Origin: an uncultured delta proteobacterium
GTDB lineage: Bacteria > Myxococcota > Myxococcia > SLRQ01
Reading direction: 5' to 3'
NCBI GenBank assembly: GCA_963727485.1
Contig: CAVSGM010000002.1
Location: 256,001-320,000, forward strand
Length of the DNA: 64,000 nucleotides
Part shown: piece after piece, positions 41,060 through 50,748 of the stretch
Numbering within the stretch: the first letter of the stretch is position 1
How the letters are laid out: each line of letters opens with the position of its first letter
The notes under the pieces: generated by a model
The model's input: the letters and a program-made list of their open reading frames with translations, nothing else
Told to the model about the DNA's origin: nothing
Databases searched by the model: none
Program-made: the position numbers and the translations under genes

Positions 41060-42616
41060 ATGAAGCGCCACACGCTCCTTCTCTTCGTCTCCCTCGTGGC
41101 CCTCGCCACCGCGCTGCCCCGGGCGGCCCGGGCGCAGGCGTCCCTGGGCACGGCGGTCAAGGCCTACAACGACGGCAACTTCGGCGAGGCGGCCTTCCGC
41201 TTCTACGACGTCGCCGCCTACGACCCGGTCCTCGAGAACCGGTTCAAGGCCGAGTACTTCCTCGCCGAGACCCTCCAGAAGATGGGGCTCGAGCGGTCGG
41301 CGGCGTTCTACTACACGGCCATCGTCCGCCAGGGCACCAACCATCCGTACTACCTGAAGGCCATCGCCAAGCTGGTGCAGATCGCCGAGGACCTCCGGGA
41401 CGATGTGTTCATCCCGACCCTCATCGAGCGCCAGTACAACTCGGCGTTCTCCCAGCTACCGGCGGCGACCCTCTACAAGATCAACTACCTGGTGGGCCTC
41501 CAGAAGTTCCGGCGCAACGACGCCCGATCGGCCCTCCAGTACCTGGCGGCGGTCCCCCGGGAGTCGAGCTACTACGACAAGGCGCTCTACCTCACCGGCA
41601 TCATCAAGACCTTCCAGAGCCGCGCTGGTGGCCAGGAGGCGGTCGAGGACTACAAGGACATCCTCGAGCTGAAGGACGGGCCCAAGGTGAAGTACTGGGA
41701 CCTGGCGAACACCAAGCAGCTCGCCACCCTGGCCATCGCCCGGACCGACTACACCCTGGGGCGCTACGGCGACGCCAAGCGCGCCTACGAGCAGATCCCC
41801 CGGTACTCCACCTACTGGGACGTGGCCCTCTTCGAGGACGGATGGGCGTCGTTCATGGCCGAGGACATCGGCACCGCCATGGGCTCGCTCCACACCCTCC
41901 AGGCGCCGCAGTTCGCCGGGTCGTTCCAGCCCGAGTCGGTGGTCCTCAAGGCGACGGTCTACTTCACCGCCTGCCTCTACGACGAGGTCCAGAAGGAGCT
42001 CAAGGTCTTCGACCAGCGCTACAAGCCCATGGCGGCGGTGGTCGACAAGATCGTCAAGGCCCACCCCAACGACTCGGACCTCCCGCTCTTCCTGGCCCTG
42101 GTGGCCACGCCCCAGGCCCAGAAGCCCGAGCTGCCGCTGGCGGTGCGCAACAAGCTCCTGGACAACCACCGGGTGCAGTCGCTCATCCACTACGTGAACG
42201 TCATCGACGACGAGAGCGCCAAGGCCAAGACCATCGACGTGTGGAAGGGGTCGAACCTCCTCCACGAGATTGAGAGCCAGCTCTCCAAGCAGCGCGAGCA
42301 GTTCGTGCTCACCACAGGCAAGTTCATCCGCGGCCGGCTCGAGAAGCTGGTCAAGCAGGTGGGCAACCTCGACGGCCAGGCCGAGATCCTGCGCTTCGAG
42401 ACCTCCAAGGCCGAGAAGGAGATGCTCGAGTCCGGCGTCGATCCCAAGACGCGGCTCAAGGGCGAGACCCTCCTGCGGCCCACCATGCCCGGCGACGACT
42501 GGCAGTACTGGAGCTTCGACGGAGAGTGGTGGGTCGATGAGCTCGGCTACTACAAGTACACGCTCAAGAGTGCCTGCTCCACGGGGCAGGGTGCCGGCGG
42601 CGGGGCCGGTGAGTAG
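41060..42616 (+). CDS. gltC: GltC/NfsC-like TPR protein
   Basis: Signal peptide, TPR helices, C-terminal YWSFDGEWWVDELGYYKYTLKSAC. Confidence 0.8.
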   Translation: MKRHTLLLFVSLVALATALPRAARAQASLGTAVKAYNDGNFGEAAFRFYDVAAYDPVLENRFKAEYFLAETLQKMGLERSAAFYYTAIVRQGTNHPYYLKAIAKLVQIAEDLRDDVFIPTLIERQYNSAFSQLPAATLYKINYLVGLQKFRRNDARSALQYLAAVPRESSYYDKALYLTGIIKTFQSRAGGQEAVEDYKDILELKDGPKVKYWDLANTKQLATLAIARTDYTLGRYGDAKRAYEQIPRYSTYWDVALFEDGWASFMAEDIGTAMGSLHTLQAPQFAGSFQPESVVLKATVYFTACLYDEVQKELKVFDQRYKPMAAVVDKIVKAHPNDSDLPLFLALVATPQAQKPELPLAVRNKLLDNHRVQSLIHYVNVIDDESAKAKTIDVWKGSNLLHEIESQLSKQREQFVLTTGKFIRGRLEKLVKQVGNLDGQAEILRFETSKAEKEMLESGVDPKTRLKGETLLRPTMPGDDWQYWSFDGEWWVDELGYYKYTLKSACSTGQGAGGGAGE

Positions 42617-42638
42617 GGACCAGAGGAGTCAGAGCATC

Positions 42639-45600
42639 ATGCAGTTCCTTTTGAATCGCTGGATTCGGATCGCGGCCGTCGTGGCCCTGACGACCTTCGC
42701 CGGTGGGGCGGCGATGGCCTCGAGCCATCGGCGTCGGCATCACCGCCACCACCGGCGGCACCACACGACCCACAAGCAGGCTCCCGCCCCGGCCAAGCCG
42801 GTGGCCAAGGCCCCGGTGAAGAAGGTCCAGGAGCGCACCGGGCCGGCGTCCCTCAAGGACATCCAGCGCAAGTCCCGGGGCGACCGCTCTCTCGAGGCCC
42901 AGGCCGACGAGAAGCGGGACGAGGAGATCAAGCAGCTCAAGAAGATCCTCCCCAAGATCACCGACCCGGGGCAGCACGCCGACCTCCTCTTCCAGCTCGC
43001 CGAGCTGTGGTGGGAGAAGAGCAAGTACGTCTACTTCCGGGAGATGGACGACTGGGACAAGGCCTACGCCAAGTGGATGGACGCCACCAACCACGGCTCC
43101 AAGGCGCCCCAGCCCAAGGCCAGCCACCGCGAGTCCGACATCTATCGGGACCAGGCGGTCGCCCTCTACACCCGGATCCTCCACCAGTACCCCAACTACC
43201 CGCGGGCCGACGAGGTGCTCTTCAACCTCGCCTACGCCATGTACGACAGCGGGAAGCAGGACCAGGGCGTGGCCCTCTACTGGGAGCTGATCAAGAAGTA
43301 TCCCACCTCGGGCTACGTCGCCGACGCCTACCTCCAGATGGGCGAGCACTTCTTCAACCACAACGACGTGTTCAAGGCCCAGAAGGCCTACCAGAAGGCC
43401 CTGGCCACCGGCGAGAAGCACGTCAAGAACTTCGCCATCTACAAGCTGGCCTGGTGTGACTACAACCTCGGCGAGTACGACTCGGCGCGGAAGAAGTTCT
43501 ACACGGTCATCGCCTCCGCCGAGAAGGCCGAGCGCGAGAACCCCAAGCTCCGCGGCCGCATCCAGCTCAAGGAGGAGGCGCTGCGCGACCTGGTGCTCAC
43601 CTACTCGATGCTCGACCAGATCCAGCCGGCCATCGACTACTACGAGCAGCACGCGGCCAAGCTCGCCACCCACCTCATCGGGCGGCTGGCCGACGCCTAC
43701 TTCAGCGCCGGCAAGAACCAGGACGCCATCCAGGTGTACGGGTGGCTCATCGAGCACGACCCCAACGGCAAGCAGGCGCCGGAGTACCAGGCCCAGATCG
43801 TGAAGGCCTACGCCAACCTCCAGCAGCGCGACATGGTCCTCAAGGAGATGGCGCGCCTGGTCGACGTCTACGGTCCCCACGGGCCCTGGGCCGAGGCCAA
43901 CAAGAGCGACCCGGACGCGGTGAAGTCGGCCTACGACCTGGCGGAGAGCACCCAGCGCGAGCTGGTGACCGAGTACCACCAGGAGGCCCAGAAGACGAAG
44001 TACGCGCAGACCTACCGGCTGGCGGCGAAGATCTACAAGCAGTACCTCGCCAAGTTCTCGGACAACCCCCACGCCTACAACCTGCGCTTCTACTACGCCG
44101 AGATCCTCTTCACCCTCCAGGACTACGCCCGGGCGGCCAAGCAGTACCTCAAGGTGGTCCACGTCGATCCCGACGGGAAGTACTCGCTGACCGCGGCCTA
44201 CGACGCGATCCTGGCCTACGAGAAGCTGGCGGCCATCGACCGCGGTGACCTCAAGGTCCAGAAGGCCACCGGCAAGCAGAAGATCAACGAGAAGAAGGCC
44301 AAGGGTGCGGTCACCTACAAGGCCACCTTCCGCAAGGCGAGCAAGAACGACAAGGCCGAGGCCATCCCCAAGTGGGAGAGCAAGCAGATCGAGGCCGCGG
44401 ACGCCTACGTGAAGATCGTGCGGGGCTGGAAGGCCAAGCACAAGGCGGCCCTGACCAAGAAGAAGCGCGCCGAGCTCAACGACGACGAGATTGTCGTGCG
44501 CTACAAGGCCGCGTTCCTGCTCTACAGCCATCGCCACTACAACGAGGCGGCCAAGCGCTTCGAGCACATCATCCTCAAGTGGCCTGACGACAAGTGGGCC
44601 AACAAGGCCGCCGACCTCATCCTCGACTCCCTGAACACCAAGGAGCAGTGGGCGGAGCTGAACAAGCTCGCCCGGGAGTTCCGCAAGAACCGGCGCCTGG
44701 TCCGCGGCGGGGGCAAGGGCTTCGCCACCCGCCTCGACACCCTCATCGAGGGGTCGGCGTTCAAGATGGTGCTCGCCCTCAACGCGGCCAAGAAGTACGA
44801 CGAGGCGGCGCCGAAGTTCCGGGCCTTCGTGAAGGAGTTCCCGCACTCGAAGTACGCGGACAAGGCCCTCTACAACGCCATGGTGATCTTCGCCCGGGCC
44901 AAGACCCTGGACAAGGCGGTCACCGTCGGAGAGCAGCTCCTCCACAGCTACGGCGGGAGCGACCTGAAGCCGATGGTCATCACCTCGCTCGGCTCCTACT
45001 ACGAGCAGATGGCCGACTACGCCACCGCGGCGAAGTACTACGAGGCCTACGCCGACGACTACCTCGACCCCAAGGGCAAGGCGTTCAAGGCGCTGCCCCA
45101 GGACATGCAGGAGAAGGTCACCAAGTCGCTGCCCGACAACCTCTTCAACGCGGCGCTCTGGTACGAGGGCCTCGGTGAGGACGCCAAGGCGGTGGCCAAC
45201 TACACGCGCTACGTGAAGACCTTCCCCAAGCGCGACGACGTCCCCGACATCTTCTACAACGTGGCCCTCATCTACCAGCGGGAGAAGGACTGGAAGCGCG
45301 AGATCTCCCAGCTCCAGGACTACGTGAAGGACTACGCCCGGCGCATCAAGCCCGCCGACGCCTACCGGGCGAAGTTCAAGGTGGCGCAGGCCTACGAGAA
45401 GCTTGGCCAGCCCCAGGACGCCGCCAAGGTCTACGCCGACCTGGCCAAGCACTACGCGGGGCTGCCCAAGAAGGCCAAGCAGGACTCCGAGGTGATGGAC
45501 GCCGCGGCCTCGGCCGCCTTCCACCTCCTGGAGCCGGAGTGGCAGGACTACAAGGCCATCCACTTCGACACCAGCAACGCCCGGACCCTGAAGAAGCGCC

Positions 45601-46121
45601 TCGCCGAGAAGACCAAGGCGCTGGCCAAGCTCGAGAAGGACTACACCCAGGTCCTCACCTACGGCTCCGGTGACTGGGGCATCGCCGCCCTGGCCCGGAT
45701 TGGCATGGGCTACCAGGACCTGGCGCAGAACTTCCTCGACGCGCCCACCCCGAAGAACCTCAACGCGGACCAGCAGGAGATGTACAAGTCCGTGCTCCAG
45801 GAGAAGGCCTTCCCCCTGCAGGACAAGGCCATCGAGGCCTTCGAGAAGGCGCTGGCCAAGAGCTACGAGCTCTCGGTCTACAACCAGTGGACCCTCGACG
45901 CCCAGAACGACCTGCTGAAGTTCAAGCCGGACGCCTACCAGGCGGTCCACGAGGTGCCGTACTTCGGGAGTGAGTTCTTCATCGTGGCCTCCCCGGAGAA
46001 GACCCTCCAGGAGACGCCCAAGGTGGTGGCGCCGCCCCCGGCGCCCGAGCCGGCGGCCTCGCCGGCCCACGCGAATCGCCAGCCGTCCGGTGACGCCCAG
46101 TCGGCGGGGAGGTCGTCATGA
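42639..46121 (+). CDS. gltD: GltD/AgmU/NfsD-like large TPR protein
   Basis: ~1160 aa, many TPRs (YPRADEVLFNLAY, YKLAWCDYN, YADKALYNA), position between gltC and gltE. Confidence 0.8.
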   Translation: MQFLLNRWIRIAAVVALTTFAGGAAMASSHRRRHHRHHRRHHTTHKQAPAPAKPVAKAPVKKVQERTGPASLKDIQRKSRGDRSLEAQADEKRDEEIKQLKKILPKITDPGQHADLLFQLAELWWEKSKYVYFREMDDWDKAYAKWMDATNHGSKAPQPKASHRESDIYRDQAVALYTRILHQYPNYPRADEVLFNLAYAMYDSGKQDQGVALYWELIKKYPTSGYVADAYLQMGEHFFNHNDVFKAQKAYQKALATGEKHVKNFAIYKLAWCDYNLGEYDSARKKFYTVIASAEKAERENPKLRGRIQLKEEALRDLVLTYSMLDQIQPAIDYYEQHAAKLATHLIGRLADAYFSAGKNQDAIQVYGWLIEHDPNGKQAPEYQAQIVKAYANLQQRDMVLKEMARLVDVYGPHGPWAEANKSDPDAVKSAYDLAESTQRELVTEYHQEAQKTKYAQTYRLAAKIYKQYLAKFSDNPHAYNLRFYYAEILFTLQDYARAAKQYLKVVHVDPDGKYSLTAAYDAILAYEKLAAIDRGDLKVQKATGKQKINEKKAKGAVTYKATFRKASKNDKAEAIPKWESKQIEAADAYVKIVRGWKAKHKAALTKKKRAELNDDEIVVRYKAAFLLYSHRHYNEAAKRFEHIILKWPDDKWANKAADLILDSLNTKEQWAELNKLAREFRKNRRLVRGGGKGFATRLDTLIEGSAFKMVLALNAAKKYDEAAPKFRAFVKEFPHSKYADKALYNAMVIFARAKTLDKAVTVGEQLLHSYGGSDLKPMVITSLGSYYEQMADYATAAKYYEAYADDYLDPKGKAFKALPQDMQEKVTKSLPDNLFNAALWYEGLGEDAKAVANYTRYVKTFPKRDDVPDIFYNVALIYQREKDWKREISQLQDYVKDYARRIKPADAYRAKFKVAQAYEKLGQPQDAAKVYADLAKHYAGLPKKAKQDSEVMDAAASAAFHLLEPEWQDYKAIHFDTSNARTLKKRLAEKTKALAKLEKDYTQVLTYGSGDWGIAALARIGMGYQDLAQNFLDAPTPKNLNADQQEMYKSVLQEKAFPLQDKAIEAFEKALAKSYELSVYNQWTLDAQNDLLKFKPDAYQAVHEVPYFGSEFFIVASPEKTLQETPKVVAPPPAPEPAASPAHANRQPSGDAQSAGRSS

Positions 46122-47410
46122 CCCGTAGCCTGAGAAGCCCGTCCTCGGCGGTGGCCCTCGTCGCCGCCTGCGCCTGCCTCCTCACCGCCTGCGCCGGCGC
46201 CGGTCAGGAGACCCGCAAGCAGAAGATGCCCCAGGCGGTGAAGCCCAAGGTCGTCGGCCCGGCGGAGCTCTTCGCCCAGGGCGAGAAGGCCATGGAGGCG
46301 AAGGACTGGGCCGGGGCCCAGGGCAAGCTCGAGAAGGCCCTGGCGATGGCCCCCAACCTCACCACCGCCCAGTACGACCTGGGCCTCTGCCTCCAGAACC
46401 TCGGCGACTTCGACGCCGCGGCGACGAGCTACCAGAAGGTCCTCCAGGCCGACCCGGACCGCATCGACGCGGCTCTCAACCTGGCCAAGATCCGCCGGGA
46501 CCAGGAGCATTTCCGGGCCGGGATCGCGGTGCTCCACCGCCTCCTCGAGAAGCACCCCTATGACGGGCGCATCCTCAACAACCTCTCGGTCCTCTACCGC
46601 CTGGACAAGAAGTATGACGCGGCCATCGCGGCCCTGCGCAAGCTCCTGTCCCGGGACCCGGAGAACGACCACGCCCACGAGAACCTGGCGCTCATCTACT
46701 ACGACCAGGGCAAGTACCGGCTGGCCGAGTTCATCATGGGCACCGCCAGGAAGCGCAACCCCAAGGAGCCCGGGGTCTACAACAACCTGGGGATGATCGC
46801 CATGAAGGAGGGCGACCTCCGCGGGGCCCTCGGCGACTTCGAGAAGGCCGTGAAGCTCGACCCGACCTTCGCCCCGGGGCAGATGAACATCGGCGCCGTG
46901 GCCCTGCGCTACCGGGACTACAAGAAGGCCGAGGGGGCGTTCCAGAAGGCCACCAAGCTCGACCCCACCAACTGGCAGGCGCACCTCTACTACGCCTACG
47001 CCCTCGAGGGGGCCCACGACTCGGACGGGGCGGCGGTGCAGTACGCGGCGGTGCACAAGCTGCGCCCCGACTACGCCCTCGCGGAGTTCGGCCTCTGCTG
47101 GAACCTCAAGAGCAAGAAGCCCAAGGAGGCGCGCCAGCACTGCCAGCGGTTCATGAGCATGGACGGTGCGCCCAAGGACCAGCTCACCAAGGCCAAGACC
47201 GCGGTCGCCACCATCGACATGATGATGAAGATCAAGGCCCAGCAGCAGAAGGCGGCGGTGGCCCCGGCCCCCAAGGCGGCGGCTCCCAAGGCCCCGGCTC
47301 CCAAGGCGGCGGCCCCGGCGTCGGGCGGCGACAAGGCCGCCAAGGCCCCGGGCAAGGCGGACGCCAAGGCCAACCCGACGGCCGGAAAGGCCGCCGCGGG
47401 CGGCGCCTGA
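46118..47410 (+). CDS. gltE: GltE/AglT-like TPR lipoprotein
   Basis: LTAC lipobox, tandem TPRs, MNIGAVALRYRDY; Ala/Lys/Pro tail. Confidence 0.78.
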   Translation: MTRSLRSPSSAVALVAACACLLTACAGAGQETRKQKMPQAVKPKVVGPAELFAQGEKAMEAKDWAGAQGKLEKALAMAPNLTTAQYDLGLCLQNLGDFDAAATSYQKVLQADPDRIDAALNLAKIRRDQEHFRAGIAVLHRLLEKHPYDGRILNNLSVLYRLDKKYDAAIAALRKLLSRDPENDHAHENLALIYYDQGKYRLAEFIMGTARKRNPKEPGVYNNLGMIAMKEGDLRGALGDFEKAVKLDPTFAPGQMNIGAVALRYRDYKKAEGAFQKATKLDPTNWQAHLYYAYALEGAHDSDGAAVQYAAVHKLRPDYALAEFGLCWNLKSKKPKEARQHCQRFMSMDGAPKDQLTKAKTAVATIDMMMKIKAQQQKAAVAPAPKAAAPKAPAPKAAAPASGGDKAAKAPGKADAKANPTAGKAAAGGA

Positions 47411-47472
47411 ACCGACGCCCAGCCGCCCCGCCCACATGTAAGTGCGAGGGGTAGAGGGTGGGACCCACGGAA

Positions 47473-47481
47473 TGCTATACT
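47473..47481 (+). promoter_or_regulatory. Extended -10 internal promoter before gltF
   Basis: TGcTATACT in an AT-richer 134-bp gap. Confidence 0.5.
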
Positions 47482-47544
47482 CCGTGCCTCAATCCCACCT
47501 GCGCGGGATTGTGCTGTAATTCCAAGGAAGTAGAGAGGTCCACC

Positions 47545-47817
47545 ATGCGTCGTATCGCCCTCCTCACAGGTCTCGTGATCGCCCTCGCGTCCGTCGCCGC
47601 CCCGGCGGTGGCCCAGGACACCGGCAAGAGCGGCAAGGGACGGGTCGAGTACAGCAAGAAGACCATCATCGACTTCAACGACGTGACCCTCGAGGGCGAG
47701 CTCACCAAGCCGGAGGGGGCCTACCTCCTCGACCGGAAGAAGACCAAGTTCAGCAGCCTCATCAAGCTGCGGGACAACTTCCTCAACGAGCTCCAGACCT
47801 CCGTCGACAACCTCTAG
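47545..47817 (+). CDS. gltF: GltF/CglF-like small secreted protein
   Basis: YSKKTIIDFNDVTLEGELTKPEG..LIKLRDNF..ELQTSVDNL. Confidence 0.88.
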   Translation: MRRIALLTGLVIALASVAAPAVAQDTGKSGKGRVEYSKKTIIDFNDVTLEGELTKPEGAYLLDRKKTKFSSLIKLRDNFLNELQTSVDNL

Positions 47818-47835
47818 TCCCGGCGAGAGCGACCC

Positions 47836-49917
47836 ATGGCCAACGCCAAGCTTCACCTCACCGTCATCGCGGCGGACGGCTCCATCGAGGAGCACACCTT
47901 CGACCAGGAGAGCATCATCCTGGGCTCGGGGGCTTCCGCCAACGTCAAGATCGACGACGACAAGGTCTCCAGCATCCACGCGATGCTCAAGGTCGAAGGG
48001 GCCGATCAGGCCCGGGTGATCGACCTGGGCAGCGAGAGTGGGACCCGCTTCCGTGGCAAGGAGGTCCGGGAGCAGGACCTCACCAACGGCGACGTCGTCG
48101 AGATCGGGCGCTCCAAGATCCGCATCTCCTTCGACGGCGCCCCGGCTTCCGACGACGCCCAGAAGACCGACGTCATCCGCCGGCCCCCCGAGCTCGAGCC
48201 CGAGCCCGAGGAGGCGCCCAGGGCCGCCAAGCCCAAGGCCAAGGCCAAGAAGAAGAAGGCCGCGCCCCCTCCGCCGCCGGTCGAGGCCGCACCCGAGCCC
48301 GAGCCCGAGCCGGCCCCGGAGCCCGAGACCTCGGTGACCGAGGTCGATGACGACGCCATCTTCGAGGCGGGCGACGAGGACCAGGCCTTCTTCGACGAGG
48401 ACGAGGACACCGGCGCGGCCACCACTCCCGGTGGCGGCGACCGCCAGAGCACCGACGTGGTCCGGGCCCTCCCGGGCACCGGCGCGGCCCCCGAGATGAG
48501 CTCGGCGGCCCGGCTCTTCTCCGAGAGGCTGCCCCCCGAGGAGCGGCCGCTCGCCGAGAGCCGCATGCTCGAGGTGGTCATGGTCTGGGCCGACACCATC
48601 ATCGGTCTGGGTCACTACTCGGGGAAGGACGGCGAGGTCACTGTCGGCGAAGGCCCCAAGAACGACTTCCACCTGGCCAACGAGGCCATCGTCGATCCGC
48701 GCTTCCCGCTCCTCGCCGCCTCCGGCGAGGACTGGACCCTCACCATTACCGAGGGGATGGAGCTGCGGGTCCGCGAGGAGGACGGCGAGGTCTCGCGCAC
48801 CGACGAGCTGAAGCAGAGCGGTCGGCTGGTCCGCGCCGACGCCGGCTTCCGGGGCTACAGCTTCAAGCTCGGCCTCCACGACCAGGCCGTCCTCAACATC
48901 GGGGACACCGCCTTCGTCATCCGCTATGTGCGCCCGAGCAAGCGCATCGCCTCGAACATCTGGGGCACCGTCGACTTCTACTTCACCAAGGTGCTGTCGA
49001 CGTCGTTCATGGCCCACGTGCTCTTCCTGGCGGCGCTGCTCCTCACCCCGGTGCACACCGAGCAGCTCTCCGAGGACCTGTTCAAGAACCCGAACCGGTT
49101 CGCCAAGCTGATCATCAAGCCGCCGGAGCAGCAGCCCAAGCACAAGTTCCGCCGGCTCTCCGGCGTGGCCGAGGGCGCCAAGGCCAAGGACAAGGAAGGC
49201 AAGTTCGGCAAGAAGGAGGCGGTGAAGAAGGAGGCCGCCCCCTCCAAGAAGGGCGCCCCCATCGTCGACGTGAACAAGCGCGAGAAGGACCGGAAGAAGG
49301 TCATGAGCTCCGGCCTCCTGGCGGCCCTCTCGGGCCCGGACCAGGGCGCGGCCTCCAACGTCTTCGGCCCCGGCGGCCTGGGCACCGGCATCAACAACGC
49401 CCTCGGCGGCCTCCACGGCGGCGCCGGCTCGGGTGACGCCCACGGCGTCGGCGGCCTCGGGTCCCGCGGCACCGGCCCCGGTGGCGGCGGCACCGCGCTG
49501 GGCATCGGCGGCCTGGGGACCAAGGGCAGCGGCCACGGCCGCGGCGGCTACGGCAGCATCGATCTCGGCGGGCGTGGCAAGGCCATGACCCAGGTGACCC
49601 CGGGGACCACCGTGGTCCAGGGCGGCCTCGACAAGGAGGTCATCGCCCGGATCGTCCACCGCCACCAGAACGAGATCAAGTACTGCTACGAGAAGGAGCT
49701 GCAGAAGGACCCGAACCTCTACGGCAAGGTCGCCATCAAGTGGATCATCGACCCCACCGGGTCCGTGGCCACGGCGAGCCTGGCCCAGAGCACCATGGGC
49801 AACTCCAACGTGGTGAACTGCATCCTCACCCGGGTCCGGCGCTGGAAGTTCCCCCAGCCCAAGGGCGGCGGTGTCGTCCAGGTCACCTACCCCTGGATCT
49901 TCAAGTCCAACGGCTGA
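47836..49917 (+). CDS. gltG: GltG/PglI-like protein: FHA + TM + Gly-rich + TonB-C-like domain
   Basis: VSSIHA..DLGSESGT (FHA), single TM, Gly-rich tract, IKYCYEKEL..GKV..WKFPQPKGGGVVQVTYPWIF. Confidence 0.88.
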   Translation: MANAKLHLTVIAADGSIEEHTFDQESIILGSGASANVKIDDDKVSSIHAMLKVEGADQARVIDLGSESGTRFRGKEVREQDLTNGDVVEIGRSKIRISFDGAPASDDAQKTDVIRRPPELEPEPEEAPRAAKPKAKAKKKKAAPPPPPVEAAPEPEPEPAPEPETSVTEVDDDAIFEAGDEDQAFFDEDEDTGAATTPGGGDRQSTDVVRALPGTGAAPEMSSAARLFSERLPPEERPLAESRMLEVVMVWADTIIGLGHYSGKDGEVTVGEGPKNDFHLANEAIVDPRFPLLAASGEDWTLTITEGMELRVREEDGEVSRTDELKQSGRLVRADAGFRGYSFKLGLHDQAVLNIGDTAFVIRYVRPSKRIASNIWGTVDFYFTKVLSTSFMAHVLFLAALLLTPVHTEQLSEDLFKNPNRFAKLIIKPPEQQPKHKFRRLSGVAEGAKAKDKEGKFGKKEAVKKEAAPSKKGAPIVDVNKREKDRKKVMSSGLLAALSGPDQGAASNVFGPGGLGTGINNALGGLHGGAGSGDAHGVGGLGSRGTGPGGGGTALGIGGLGTKGSGHGRGGYGSIDLGGRGKAMTQVTPGTTVVQGGLDKEVIARIVHRHQNEIKYCYEKELQKDPNLYGKVAIKWIIDPTGSVATASLAQSTMGNSNVVNCILTRVRRWKFPQPKGGGVVQVTYPWIFKSNG

Positions 49918-49937
49918 TCGGGTAGAAAGCGACTCCC

Positions 49938-50624
49938 ATGCGTGTGCTCCTCGCCGCTCTCGCGGTCGTCTCCTCCGTCGCCCTGGCCCAGCCCGCCACC
50001 GCCCAGACCGTGGGCAAGCCGGCCAGCGGCCCGACCCTCATCAAGACCGCGCCCCTCGGGGTGAAGCCGCCCCTGCGCGAGGGCGTCTACGCCGACCTCC
50101 AGGTGGGGACGTTCTTCACCCTGAACGGCGGGGCCGCCAACGGGAACAAGGCCGTCTCCAACGCCGAGCCCCTCCTGGGCCTCGCGGTGGGCTACGACAT
50201 CACCCGGAACATCACCGCCGGGGTGGGCTTCGCCTATGGGGCCTCCGCGGGGAGCTGCTACGGGACCTTCCAGCCCACGCCCGGGGCCACCAACCCCTGC
50301 GTGAACGGCGCCGACAGCTTCGCGGTCCTCTCGTTCAACGTGTTCGCCGGCTACCTCCACCCGGTGACCTACGCCTGGTTCCTCGGCGCCAAGGTCGAGG
50401 GGGGCCTGGCCCTGATGACCCCCAAGCCCATCGTCCCCCAGGGGCAGGACACCGCCGGGGTGGCCATGGGTTTCGACGGGGGCCTGATGCTCACCACCGA
50501 GTACCACACCCACCTCGACCACTTCGTCATCGGGCTCGACGTGGGCGGTGAGTTCTTCTCCGGGGGCAACGGGGTCGGATTCCCCGGCATCGCCATCTAC
50601 CCCCACCTGAAGTACGTCTTCTGA
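49938..50624 (+). CDS. gltH: GltH/CglE-like outer-membrane beta-barrel
   Basis: Signal peptide, GTFFTLNG..SNAEP, EYHTHLDHF, terminal KYVF; follows gltG. Confidence 0.75.
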   Translation: MRVLLAALAVVSSVALAQPATAQTVGKPASGPTLIKTAPLGVKPPLREGVYADLQVGTFFTLNGGAANGNKAVSNAEPLLGLAVGYDITRNITAGVGFAYGASAGSCYGTFQPTPGATNPCVNGADSFAVLSFNVFAGYLHPVTYAWFLGAKVEGGLALMTPKPIVPQGQDTAGVAMGFDGGLMLTTEYHTHLDHFVIGLDVGGEFFSGGNGVGFPGIAIYPHLKYVF

Positions 50625-50748
50625 CCCCGGGACGTCGGCCGCCCAGCCCGCGGCGGCCGCCCCGTTTCCCCGGCGCCCGAGTCGGCCCGTTCTCCGTCTT
50701 TCGGCGGGGGTCGGGACGAACTTCGGGTGCCTCGATGGTTCCAGCGTC

